A stretch of DNA of 64,000 bases from Mobula hypostoma (GCF_963921235.1 NC_086117.1:25172001-25236000); one strand, 5' to 3'; counted from the stretch's first letter, positions 26,341 to 39,147 are shown. Translations and numbers: made by a program. The notes: a model not told the origin generated them from the sequence alone.

Positions 26341-29300
26341 GTGGAGTTTCAAGAATGGCGGCGCACTGAAAAGTCTGCTTTGCTGAGCTCAGCACTGCAA
26401 CACTGATAATTTCGCATATAAACCTATCTATTTCAATTTTTTTTAAATGCTCAAGTGTCGGATTTAATAACATGAACATTGATGAGTTTTTTTTTGAGCT
26501 GCTTCAACCCTATGCCATTGAAAGGCACTAAAAAGGCGGCAGGATGGACTGCACAGAGCGCTCGCCAGGGGCTGAGGATCTAGCTGCTGCTAGCTATGCT
26601 AACACGTTGGACCCTGCTTTTCGTCAAGTAATTCAAGAAGTTACAGAGAACATATCCAAAATAATGGATGAGAAGCTGGCTCCACTCTCTCCAACACTCC
26701 AAAACCACACATTGGAGCTTAAAAATCTTGATACAAGAACGACCGAAGCTGAGGGCCGAGTCTCCGCGGTAGAGACTGTAGCTGATCAGCCCCAAAGTTG
26801 CGTTCAGGCGCTAGAAAAGCAAGTTCAAAGCCTGTCTGACCATATCGACGATCTTGAGAACAGAGGCAGGAGAAAGAATATACGAATCATCAGTCTACCT
26901 GAAGGTACAGAAGGCAGCCAACCGGCAAAGTTTTTTGAGGGCTGGCTGCCTAATTTCCTTGATTTGGAAACAAAGGCTGGACGCATTAAAATGGAAAATG
27001 CTCACCATACGCTGGCACCAAAACCGGGCCCAAGCCAGTGCCCTCGACTCGCCCTCGTGCGGTTCTACAATTTCGGTGATTAGCAAAGAGTGATGGAGAC
27101 TTCGAGGCACCGTGGGACTGATGCCCAGGCTTTAATATATGAGGGATCCAGGCTTATGTTTTTTCAAGATTTTTCGGCAGCTGTTATTCAGAAGCGCAAG
27201 GAATTTGACCAAGTAAGGAAGCGGCTAACAGAATCCGGAATCCAGTATTTTATGCTATACCCAGCAGTGCTGAAAATCACCTACAACAGGATCACCAAGA
27301 TACTTGATTCTCCTGGCAAAGCTAAAACTTTTGTGGACACACTGGGCTAAAGAATGTATACAGTATATTGTGTAGCCCTGGTTATGGACGATAACATGCT
27401 CGATGGTTGCTTTATTTTACCTTTTCATTACTCGACGGCAAGGTATCTTATAGGATGGGTAACGTGTTTGTTTTGATTGATAGTTTCATTATTGGTTTAA
27501 ATTAGCAGTGCTGCTGCAGCTTGAAGGAGTTTAAATATGACGGTAACAAATCGGTGGATTGATAAATTATGCTCTGTTTTCATTTTTGATTATGTTAAAT
27601 GCCACATTGGCAGTGGGGCAGAATATGGGGTGCTAGAAGGTTCAGATATCCTCTTTAAGTGTGGGGCAAGTCCTCTTGTTCGCATTGTTGGCACTTTGTT
27701 TTTTTTTGTGGGTTTTTTAAAATTTACTTATTGCTGCTCAGCTGACCTTAAATCGGGTTTCTTCTCCTCGGGAGTCACATGATTGTTATAAAGGGTTATG
27801 ACCAGTAATATATTAAAATTGTGCACTTGGAACATTAAGGGGAGTCATTCACCAATCAAGAGAAAGAAAATCCTACTAAACCTGAAAAAGTAAAGGGTTA
27901 TTGCGGGAGTCACTTAAGTGATAAAGAACATCTAAAACTACAGCAGAGTGGATTTGATCAAGTCTATTTTTCATCTTTTAATACCAGGAGTAGGGGGTGC
28001 CCATTTTAATTAAGAAAAACTTACCTTTTAAGTTATTAGACTGCATTAAGGATAAGTATGGGAGATTTGTGATTGTTAAGGCTTCAATATATGGAGAGGA
28101 ATATGGTATTCTCAATGCTTACCGCTTTCCAGCTCACCCTCTCAAATTCCTAACAAATGCTTTTTCCAAACTTACAAGCTTTTCAATACAAAACATTATT
28201 GTAGGTGGGGATTTTAATTGTCTCATGGACCCATTGATGGACAGAGTGCCTAGTGGTCCCCCATTGCTCTCCTCACAGTCCAAACAAATCATGGGCTTAT
28301 GTGGAGAACTAGGACTTGTGGATGTCTGGAGGTTGTTACATCCCTCAGACAAAGACTTCACATTTTTTTTCTAATCCACAGAAGTATTATACCAAAATAG
28401 ACTTTTTCTAACCACCAAAATGCTCCTAGATTTAGTTGTATCCTGCACAATTGGAAATATCGCTATTTCTGACCATGCAGCGGTATATTTGAATATTAAG
28501 CCCAAAGATAATTCAGCACGATCTAGACATTGGAGGCTGAATCCTTTTATTCTAAAGGATAATAAATATATACACTACTTTACTTCCGAATTCAAATTTT
28601 TCCTATTTTCCAAATCAGCTAGTAGTCCATCGATACTCTGGGAAATGGCAAGGGGATTAATTATCTCCTACTCTGCTAGTAAGAAGCGACAAGTTGCGGA
28701 ACAGCAGCGCCTAGTGCAAGCAAGGCTTGCGGCAGCTGAAAAGGATTATATTAATAAGCCTGCTGCAGCCAAGTTACAGAATATCACAGCCCTAAGCTAT
28801 ACACTAAACTCTTTACTTACACAAGCAGCCAAAAGAAAATTGACATTTGCTAAACAACAATTGTTTGAACATGGTGAGAAACCAGGTAGGCATTTGGCTT
28901 ATTTAGCTAGAAAGAAAAATGCCTCTCAGACTATTGCTTCAATTAGGGATGGGACAGGAGCCCTCACTAGTAATTCTAAAATGATTAATGTTGTGTTTAA
29001 GAATTTTTATTCTAATCTGTATCAATCCGACCAATGTAATCATGGACAATTTAGGATGGAGTCCTCTTTCAGGAATTTAGATCTCCTAGGCATTTCTTCT
29101 AAACAAGAGTCCCTCCTCAATGCTCCATTATCTATACATGAGATACAGGAAGCTGTGAGACAGCTCCAAAGTGGGACGGCCCCTGGTCCAGATGGACTCA
29201 CCAGTGAATTCTATAAAGAGTTCACAGGGTTATTATCAGAGCCTATGCTAAACATGTTCAATCATGCATTTGATTGTGGTCTCCTCGCACCATCATTGAG

Positions 29301-31680
29301 AGAAGCTAATATTGCCCTAGTTCTTAAGGAAAGAGCCCTGAAGATTGTGCCTTCTACAGGCCTATCTCATTATTAAATGTTGAGTTTAAAATCTTATCTA
29401 AAATCTTAGCATTGCAATTAAAAACTGTACCACCTTTTATCATAAAAGAGGATCAAATGGGTTTTGTAAAAGGCCGTAGATCATCTAACAATATCAGAAG
29501 ATTACTTAACATGATTCAGGCAAGTCAGCAACAGGCAGTGGACGGCATGGTGGTTTCTTTAGATGCAGAAAAGGCCTTTGATCGTGTCGAATGGCCGTAT
29601 CTTTTTTTCACTTTAGAACAATTTGGTTTGGGCAATAATTTTATTAAGTGGGTGAAGGTTCTTTATAATGACCCTTTGGCTGCGATTCTCACTAATGGTA
29701 TTAGGTCAGATAATTTTAGTATTCTGAGAGGCAGCCGGCAGGGCTGCCCTTTATCACCACTACTTTTCACACTAGTGATCCAGCCATTGGCTGAGGCTAT
29801 TCGGCGAGTCTCCAAAATATTTGCTCCAGACATAGGACTAAAGTCACATAAAATTACATTATATGTGGATGATGTTCTAATTTTCTTATCAAACCCTGCT
29901 ATATCAGTGCACCACCCTATACAATGCATCAGTTCATTTAGCGCCTTTTCAGGTTATATAATCAACTTTACTAAATCAGAGGCTATGCCTCTGGGGAATC
30001 TGCAGCAGGTACCTGACACCTAGGGTGTTTTCCCCTTTAAATGGTCACAGACAGGCTTTGTTTACTTAGGCATATTTATCACACCTACGTTTGATCAATT
30101 GTTCAAAGCTAACTTTACACAGTTATTTGACAAAATCAAACAGGATCTTGAGCGATGGAGCACTCTTCCCATTTCTTGGCTTGGCCGAATATCCTTGCTC
30201 AAAATGAACATTCTTCCTCATCTGCTCTACCCAATACGAATGATTCCAGTCATCTTCACCCAACAAATTCTTAAAAAAAATAAATGGCTGGTTTGTTTCT
30301 TTCATCTGGAACAACAGAAGACCCTGTATTAAAATGTCTAAGTTACAGCTTCCTAGTAGTCTAGGGAGTCTGGATTTTCCAGACATCAAAAACTATTAAG
30401 TTCCTTTTTATCCTATGTGGTTGACTGGGTTTGCAGGGACCCCATCACAAGCAAAATGCCCTCTTATTAATTTGCTTTTCCTCAATAAGATGAAACTAGT
30501 TAAGGAGTATTGTCGCAATCCAATAACAATTAATACAGTCAGAGCTTGGAGGGCGGTGCGACAAATTGAGGGCAACGCAGCGGAAATATCACCCTTCACT
30601 CCAATAACCGGCAGTCCAGATTTTCAGCCTGGCATAATGGATTCTGGATTTAAACTTTGGATTTCTAAGGGTATTTTCCATCTAGGAGATTTGTTTGATG
30701 AAGGAATGATAATGTCTTTTAGTCAAATAGTACAGAAATTTAACATATCCAACAAGGATCTTTTTCCATTTATTTCAGATAAGAGATTATATACAGAAAA
30801 ACACATCATTGTTAACTGATTTCTATAGTTCTGACATAGAAAAGAGGGTGTTTCGTTCTAAGGCTGAAGTCTCTATTAGTACTTTTTAACAGTATCCTGA
30901 GAGAATGTTCTTGTGAAGAGGCTGAGCAGCTGGGAAGGGTCTGGGAGGAAGAGCTGGGAGTAGAAATTACAGCTGAAACATGGGAAGACATCTGTGATAA
31001 TGCAAAGAAGATTTCAGTTTGTAACAGAACTAAAGCATTGCAATTCAAAATTCTGCACAGAGCCCATCTGACTCCAGATCGTCTCTCAAAATTTAAGACG
31101 GGGGTTTCTCCAATGTGTTCTAAGTGTGAAGTAAATACTGGAACTTTCACCCACTGTTTTTGGACTTGTCCCAAACTTCAGGCATACTGGAGTGATATTT
31201 TGGGTGAAATGGAAAAGATTCTGAAGATGGAGCCTGAAATGGACCCAGTGTCTTTTCTCTTAGGCTTACCCAGCAGTCGTATTATTAATGCACATCAGAA
31301 AAAACTTTTTAACATCCTGACTTTTTGTGCGAGGAAGAACATTTTACTTTGTTGGATATCCAATAGGGCCCCTGGACTTTTTGGTTGGCATAAATTAATC
31401 ATGGAATACATTCCTTTGGACTTTTGGACATGTATGGTACACTCAAAAATAAATAGTTTTCATAAAACATGGCAACCTTTTCTGCAGTATATAGATGTAA
31501 ACCTGTCTGCTATACTAATAAGGGCGTTTGTATAGGATGTTGTGGTGATGTCTATATTTTGTTGGAAGTGTTCTGATACCTGATATCTGTGAGGGGAAGA
31601 AATGTAAATGTAAGTGTACCTGGAAATTGAAAGTTTTGTTATACTGAGCAAAAAAAATAAATAAATATTTTTTTAAAAAA
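26341..31680 (+). mobile_element. Near full-length L1-clade LINE with disrupted ORF1 and ORF2
   Basis: ORF1 ~26513-27350 (DLENRGRRKNIRIISLPEGTEG). ORF2 27798-31535 with APE (WNIKG, VGGDFN, ISDH), RT (LDAEKAFDRVEW, RQGCPLSPLLF, YVDD) and a C-terminal CCHC (CSKC...HCFWTC). A-rich tail; probable AGAAAATA TSD. Confidence 0.95.
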
Positions 31681-32559
31681 AGAAAATATATAATTGGGAA
31701 TGCAGCACAAACTTCTTCAAAAGAAGCACACAGAGGCCAAGTGGAAATGATGGATAAGTGCATAACTACAAAACAGTCCAACTACTCACTTGATAAAACA
31801 TCACCTTCACCTAAGGTTACATCTACCAACTCCATACAAGGCTCATCAGCTGCCCCAGAACCCACATAACCTGAGTGGAAGCAAATCATCCTCGACCCAA
31901 AAGGGCTGCATAAGAATTGGAGTTGCAGATTCAATCTGAAAGAGTTCATGCCAAATCTGAAAGCTTAGGGTTTCAAAATGTACAAGATTTGGGACATATT
32001 AGAAATGGGCAGGAATGTTTATTGGTCAATCTTAATGCTGTGGCTGTCATGGAAAGTGATCTTTCAGAATCAAATATTCTAATAAGAGAAACATTTCAAG
32101 AGTACTTAAAAAGAAAGTTACGGTATTAAACTAAAGATATATAGTTGCACAAAGACAGATATAGATCAAAAGACTGAATAAAGAAAAATCAAAGAATTAC
32201 TTAAAAGATTAAGAAAGGAAAATTAAGAGTGCAAACTAAAGCCAGCCAAAAAACAAAATAATCATTGCAAGAGTTTAAAAAGTCAACAAAGCAACTAGAA
32301 AACTGGTCTACTAGAAAATGAATGAATAATACTCCAGAAAATTACCTTGAACACATTTTAGAAATTCTTCACCCTCAGACCCAAATACTATTAATTATTC
32401 CAATATAAACTGGAATAAAGTTGCCATAATTACCCAAAGCATTTGCTCTTAGTGGTCTGTATGCACATATGCTACTCTATATTTCTCCTATGTGTTAGAG
32501 GCCTATACAATACACCTAGCAGCATTATGCTCCCTCTGCTGTTGCTTGGTTAACTACTT

Positions 32560-32738
32560 TATTTTGTTTGATTGAGATGCAGCACAGAATAGGCCCTTTC
32601 AGCCCTTCAAGTCATGCCACCCAGCAGCCCTCAATATAACCCTTGTCTAATTGCTGGACAATTTACAATGACCCTATCAACCCATTCATCTTTGGACTAT
32701 GGGAGGAAACTGGAGCACCCAGAGGAAACCCATGCAAT
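32560..32738 (-). mobile_element. V-SINE/HE1-like SINE fragment
   Basis: tgggaggaaactggagcacccagaggaaacccatgca core. Confidence 0.55.
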
Positions 32739-33260
32739 GTCGTGCCATCAGACCATACTCTCACATGGTTCACTGACTAGCCTATGTACCAGACACTGCA
32801 TGCTCATATTATACATAGTAAACCAAATTTAACTATATGTAATTTTTGTTTTAATGCACACCAGTAAAAATAAGCATGCTAACCTAATCTGGCATGAACA
32901 GTGTTGTAGCTAATAAAGCCCCTGTCTCACAATACCAGAGCCCTAGGCTCAGTCCTGAGTTTGGATACAATTGGTGTAGAGCAGGGTCCCCAACCTTTTT
33001 TGCACCGTGGACCAGTTTAATATTGACAATATTCTTGTGGGCCGGCCGACCAGGGGGTGGGGGGTGTTCAGAATATAAGTGATAGGTCAACTTTAAGTCA
33101 CTTATAAGTGGCTAATACACTCAATTTCATTTCTAAAGGGGTTTATCTAACGAATTTAATATTAAACACACAGCACATAATTTTCCTCACATGATCATCG
33201 GCAATCACCTCTGATCTGGGCCGACATTTACGTGTCGGGCGGCACCTAATTAATTAGCTT

Positions 33261-33485
33261 TAAAGTTGCTAGTGAATGCAGCAGGCCAGGCGGCATCTCT
33301 ACGAAGAGGTGCAGTCAACGTTTCAGGCCGAGACCCTTCGTCAGTCCTGATGAAGGGTCTCGGCCTGAAACGTCGACTGCACCTCTTCCTAGAGATGCCG
33401 CCTGGCCTGCTGCGTTCACCAGCAACTTTTATGCGTGTTGCTTGAATTTCCAGCATCTGCAGAATTCTTGTTGTTTGTTGTTTGT
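33261..33485 (+). mobile_element. Young palindromic PLE-derived mini-element
   Basis: 14-bp TSD TAATTAATTAGCTT (33247-33260, 33486-33499); ~85-bp head-to-head arms centred on 33345-33346. Confidence 0.88.
33342..33379 (+). ncRNA. Minimal type-I hammerhead ribozyme, intact core
   Basis: CAGUC CUGAUGA AGGGUCUCGGCCU GAAA CGUC GACUG: stem I CAGUC/GACUG, stem II AGG/CCU, palindromic ACGU helix III, predicted cleavage after C33374. Confidence 0.75.
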
Positions 33486-34439
33486 TAATTAATTAGCTTG
33501 TTTATTTTGGCTTTTTTCTTAAAGATGTGCTGGGTGTGCTCCGGCTACCGCTGTACCGCTGCATTCTTCACGGCCCACAGGTTGGGGACCACTGAATTAT
33601 AAGTCACTTATAAGTCAATAGCATCATAACATTTTAAGTAATGTTTGGATATTAAACACACAGCACATATTTTCCCCGTATGAAAATATAAAATCATTGC
33701 AACACACCAATATCGCTGAATCAGTGGGAGCCCTGGGCTTGTTTCCCTGCAACGAGACAGTCCTATCGAGGGGTGAGGGGAGACAGCGATACTCGAACGG
33801 GGTTTCTTATGTCCAGTCTATTCTGCAATTTAGTTTTCGTTGCATTCATTGCAGAAAACCCCGCTTCGCAGCAATATGATGTTGGAAATGGAAGCAGCGT
33901 TTTCAGTGCTTTCGAGGCTATCTCAGGATATTCAGCCTTGACTTTGATCCAGAATGCCGGCAGGGATGTTATTTCAAACATACTTTTCAGCCCGTCGTCA
34001 TTTGCAAGCTCGAGGAGTTGATCTTTTTCTCGTGCTGACATGGAAGATTCACCGGAAACATTCACAAATGGGTCACGGACCCATTCCTTTGCACATCTTA
34101 GGTCATTTGCGTCTTGGGTCACTGATGACCTCACATGCGTTAAAGTTCAACAGTGGGTGTGACAGGGAATGAGGAAAGGTGCATCTGACTCATATCGTTT
34201 CATATCGCCAAATCATATTGTTTCCTCGCGGCCCAGTGATTGGGGATCACTGCTCTACATCCCCATTTTATCTTCATTGTCTTATTATTTTTCCCTGAGT
34301 CTCTCTTATGCTTGTACACTTTGCCCTTTTCAAAAATCTTTTTCTTCCTGAATCACCTCCTCAACAAAACCCTTGCTTTTGGTTTCCATCTTAGCTTTCC
34401 ATTCTGGTTCTATCCTAAGGCTCCCAAGCCTCTACCAAG

Positions 34440-36150
34440 CTTAAACCCCATCAGAATTAATAAAGATGACCAGAAAGGAAAAATTAGAGGCAGCAAACGG
34501 CTTTATGAAAAGAAAATCTTTTTGACCAGTTTATTGGAGTCCTTTGAAGAAATAGCATGTGCTGTGGATACAGGGACTCCGCTGGATGAACAATACTTGG
34601 ATTTGCAGAAATAATATTGATAAAGTGTTGCATCAAAGATAATGCAGAAAATAAAAGCTCATTGTGTAGGAAATAACATGACATGGATAGAAAATTGGCC
34701 TGCTAACAAGGAAGTCAGCATAAATGGGTCTTTATCTGATTAGCAAGATATAGAGTGTGCCATGGTGATTTGTGCTAGGACCTCAACTTACTAAACTTAC
34801 ATAACTAATTTGGATAAAAACATCCAAGGAATATAGATAGATTAGGTGACTGGGCAATATTTGGGAAAACGTGAAACAGTCCATTTTGGAAGTAGAATAA
34901 ACCACTTTATTGAAATGCCAGGGATTGCAAATCTCAAAGGTGCAGAGGATTCTGAAAATGTTAGTGTTTGATTGCTGAAGGTTGATATACAGGTACAGAA
35001 AGTACACAATTAAGAAAGCCAACAAAATAAATGTCCATATCCAGCTCTCCTCACAACAATATAGGGTGCTTTAGTTTTATAAGCAATTAGCATGAATACT
35101 GTACATTTGAAGTAACATACACAGTACTGATCTCCTTATCCAAGGAAGGATGCAAATGTCTTCTAGGCAATTTCAAGTAGTTTATTCAAATACCTGGAAT
35201 GGGCAAGTCGTCCTTAGAGGGAAGTTTGAATAGGCTGGGCTAGTTTCCCTTGGAATTCCGATAAGTGAGAAGGTACTTGATTTAAACATATACAATCCTA
35301 AGCAATCTTGAATGAGATGGCTATGAAGAGCATGTTTTCTCTTGTAGCAGAATAATGAGTTAGTGGAGTCACTGTTTCAACTTGGGGGAATAGGAGAGGT
35401 ATAGCTCATAAGAAAGAGGAGGAATTTTTTCCACCCCTCAGAGGGTTGGAGGTGTTTGGAACTGATGAAAGCCAAGTCTTTGAACATTTTTGGGTAGAAG
35501 TACATAGTTGTTCGTCCATCGTTGACATCGATGAGGATCTCGACACCATAATGATGGTGTCGAGACTAGCGCGTGATTTGGATTTAAGCAAGGGAGAGTT
35601 GCACAGTGTCAGCCTCACTCTCTCTTCCCAATTCCCATCTGGGTCCAGTGGCAAGACAGAGTCTAGACGGCTGGAGATGGGACTAGGCGCAGTGGATGAC
35701 CAGGACATCTTCTGTGTCTCGTCCTGCTCTACACGTTCCGCGACGCTTGCAGAGACCGCCTTCTTGACCATTGGACCTTCCATTGGTCTCGTCCGCTCAA
35801 TCCGCCGGAGTCTGTCTTCACATGCTGGGATAGACAACTCCCTATCTCACCGAGGGTTTGAGACCCGTCGGCTACCCTCACCTGGTTTAGCCGGCTTGTC
35901 AAAGCTGTTGCCCGGGGTGTGGCCGCTGTCGCATGCAAACAGCTACGAGGAGCCACAGGTGAGAGCTGAGTATTACTGTGATTATTAATTATTAATACAT
36001 ATGGTGTATTTTGATAACACAGTTAAGAAGTACCAAGGGTAGATGAGAATGCTGAGTTCATGGTATAATCAGATCAATCATAATCTTATTAAATAGTAAA
36101 GCAGCCTCAAGAGACTGAGTGGTCCACTTCTGGTCCTAATTCATAAGCCT
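34440..36150 (+). mobile_element. Degenerate CR1-like LINE, interrupted by an RTE derivative
   Basis: LTSLLESFEEIACAVDTGTPLDEQYLDLQK remnant; CR1 3' end near 36050-36150. Confidence 0.6.
35507..35971 (-). mobile_element. RTE-clade-derived non-autonomous element with truncated HDV-like ribozyme
   Basis: CpG-rich island inside the CR1. The minus strand ggtgagggtagccgacgggtctcaaaccctcggtgag resembles RTE 5' UTRs as recalled. HDV-like pairings at 35877-35963. Confidence 0.6.
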
Positions 36151-36879
36151 GTAATTTTACACAGGGGTTGAATGTATTGGAACAAACAGGTTTATAGTCA
36201 AGAACTTCAGAAACAGGTGAAATAAGACAAGGCAGCAAAGATAAAGAGGTAAAAACAAGTAGTCTTAATAACCGTGCAAATATAACATTTAAAGCCCATC
36301 TTAGAAAAAGTGGTGGAGAAAAAGTGAGTGTCTTTTTATCACAGAGATTGCAATACCAACATTGCCATCAGGGAGAAAGAGACTGTGGGAATGAGCAAAG
36401 ATAATATCCTTATGCCTCAGGACTCACTCATTTTATTTCTGGATAACCACACTCATTCTATTTCTGGTGTTCCCACAACCAGTGGTCTCACATTAAGAAC
36501 TCTTTATCTTGCTATTTCATACTCAGTTATTTATATTTGCATTTGCACAGTTTGTTGCTCACTTAATGAAAAAATGGTGTGGACATGCCCATCCTCGTTT
36601 TCAAACCAGGCTGCTCAAGGAATTAATGGGAGGTAAAAAAGTAAACTTCTAGGTCCACTTTTGAAATAAATAAGGCAAGTGCAGACTTAATGGAGTTTCA
36701 AATAAATCATTGAGAAGATCACGGATGAAGCCATAAAGAACTTGACTTTATTTAACTACAAGTCCACTTATCCAATGACTACTCCAAATAAACTGCACAT
36801 CAGATGCAATCTCACTGGCTCTCCACTCAGATTTGAACCACCTGGACAGCAGCAACACCAAGGTTAGGCTGCTATATAT

Positions 36880-38285
36880 TTACTTCAGCTCAGCATTCAA
36901 CACTTATCAACCCCACAGTACTAACTGACAAACTTCAAAATCTGGGCCTTTGTACTCTCTCTGCAACTGGATCCTTGACTTCCTTTCAGGAGACCACAGT
37001 CAGTGTAGATCAGAAATAACACCTCTTCCTCACTGATAATCAATACAGGCACACTTCAAGGATGCATGCTTAGCCCAATGCTCTACCCATCTACCCTCAT
37101 GACTTTGTGGCTAAGTAGAGGCCAAACACCATCTATAAACTAGATGATAATACAACTGTTATTGGCAGAATCTCAGACAATGATGACAAGATGTGTGATA
37201 CCAACCAACTGATCATGAACTTCAGTGGGGGAGGTCAGAAGAATATACACCAACCCTCACTGACGTGTCAGCAGTGAAAAAAGCAGTGAGAATTTTGAAG
37301 ATCAGGTTGGAGGAGCAACACCTCATATACCATCTGGGTAGTCTCCAGCCCCTTGGTATGAACATAGAATTCTCCAACTTCCGGTAATTCCCTCCCCCTC
37401 CCTTCCTCTATCCCTATGTCACTCTGCCCCCTCCCCCAGCTGCCTATCACCTCCCTCATGGTTCCACCTCCTTCTACTACCCATTGTGTTTCCCCCTATT
37501 CCTTCTTCACCTTTCCTGCCTATCATCTCCCTGCTTCCCCTCCCCCACCCCTTTACCTTTCCCCTCACTGGTGTTTCACCTGAAACCTACCAGCCTTCTC
37601 CTTCCCACCCTCCCCCCACCTTCTTTATAGGGCCTCTGCCCCTTCCCTCTTCAGTCCTGAGGAAGGGTTCCGGCCCGAAACATTGACTAATCGTTTCCAC
37701 GGATGCTACCCGACCTGCTGAGTTCCTCCAGCATGTTGTGAGAAGTTTGAAGTCCTGGGCTCCAACATCTCAGAAAATCTATCCTGGGCCTAATATATTG
37801 ATGTAATCACAAAGGCAGCAGCTATACCTCATTAGGAGTTTGAGATTTGTTACATCACCAAGGACTCTAGCAAATATCTACAGATGCACAGTGCGGAGCA
37901 TTCCGAGAGGTTGCATCACCGATTGGTATGGAGGCTCCAATGAACAGTCCACCATCTCATCGTTAAGGGCATCTAAAGTTTGTGCCTCGCTGGGGACCCT
38001 CACCATTCAGGACATGCCAACAAAGAGAAGGTACAGGAGTATGAAGATGCACATTCCAAATTTATTTACTTTTTTTTAAATAAAAAAAGAAACAGCTTCT
38101 TCCCCTCCATCATCAGATTTCTCAATGGGCCATAAATATCACTTCACTGTTTTGCTCTCTCTCTTTGCACTATTTTATACAAATTTCTTATTGTAATTCA
38201 TAGCAATTGTTTTATATATTGCAATGTACTGCCACAAAACAATAAATTCAATGACATGTCAGTGATAAACCAGATTCTGATTCTG
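36880..38285 (+). mobile_element. Degenerate Rex1/Babar LINE interrupted by a PLE
   Basis: [21 protein letters not shown] and KLDDNTTVIG remnants; the frame resumes after 37752. Confidence 0.7.
37301..37737 (+). mobile_element. PLE 3' fragment (GIY-YIG tail plus pseudo-LTR with decayed hammerhead)
   Basis: LEEQHLIYHLGSLQPLGMNIEFSNFR*; TSD GTGAGAA(T/G)TTTGAAG at 37286-37300 and 37738-37752; CAGTC CTGAGGA...GAAA CATT at 37652-37689. Confidence 0.85.
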
Positions 38286-39147
38286 CATTGTACTGAAGAG
38301 GCAAGTGGAATGAAGTTGCATTCAAATAACTATCAGGGAGTTCAAATATGCTTGAAAATTGACCTCAGATTTGTTTGGGACTGTGTCAAAAAGAAAACAA
38401 TCCATGGAAACAAATTGTAAAACCAAACACAATGACGTTGCTGCTTTGATAGATTTGGCAGAAAGTACTGTTTGAGTGTGTGATATCTTAGTACATCACT
38501 GCACAAATTCTTTTGCAGGGAGGACAACCATAGTTACTTCTGACAGCCAATCAGATTAAACATGCACAATGTTAACAATAGATAACCAGATTTTGATACT
38601 TCAACCACAAATGAATTTGCTAATGTTTACCAGACTAGTTTCTATCAGATCACTATTATACAACAGCAATCCAACAATGACGAACATGGAGGGGATTGTG
38701 ACTGGGGAATTTGTGTGCTTAACAAGATAATTAGTGGAAATAAAACTTTAAAATCTAATTAATCCTGGAATTGTATGTACCCTATGTAACTTTAAGCACA
38801 AGAAAGTGTGGTTTGGGGTTAAAAGGAAGTTAAAATTTGTAAATTTTCATTGCCATCCCAGCCCATCAAATTTTCAAACAGATTTTCATAAACAAAAGCA
38901 TCAAAGAAATTTGTATTTGTGGGTCTTTCATTCAAAAGTATTCTGCCTATCTTATATTGTGAGGCCATTGTTATATTTAAACCAAATCAATGGAAGGGAA
39001 AATCCAACATTGCTGAGGATATCCAAAAGTGTATGGCTTACTTTTTCCAGTAGTTACAGTGAATTAAATAACGTTTTGCTTCAACTCTATTCAATGTATT
39101 TGCATTTTAAATTTAAATGTATAAAAACCAAACATAATTTGACATAA

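Larger units (their letters stand above)
32982..34252 (-). mobile_element. hAT Charlie/Buster-type DNA transposon (deleted) with nested insertions
   Basis: TIRs CAGGGTCCCCAACC (32982) and GATTGGGGATCACTG (34252), plus an extra internal TIR GGTTGGGGACCACTG ending at 33594. ORF 33763..34134 is a hAT dimerisation domain (FWIKVKAEYPEIA...LLPFPTSYCCEAGFS). Confidence 0.85.

Noticed and set aside
33763-34134. Domesticated ZBED5/SCAND3-like gene
   Set aside because: Only a C-terminal fragment, bounded by TIRs inside an intron; this is a transposon relic.
35406-35988. Overlapping 143-180 aa ORFs on both strands
   Set aside because: By-product of the GC-rich RTE-derived insert; no protein motifs.
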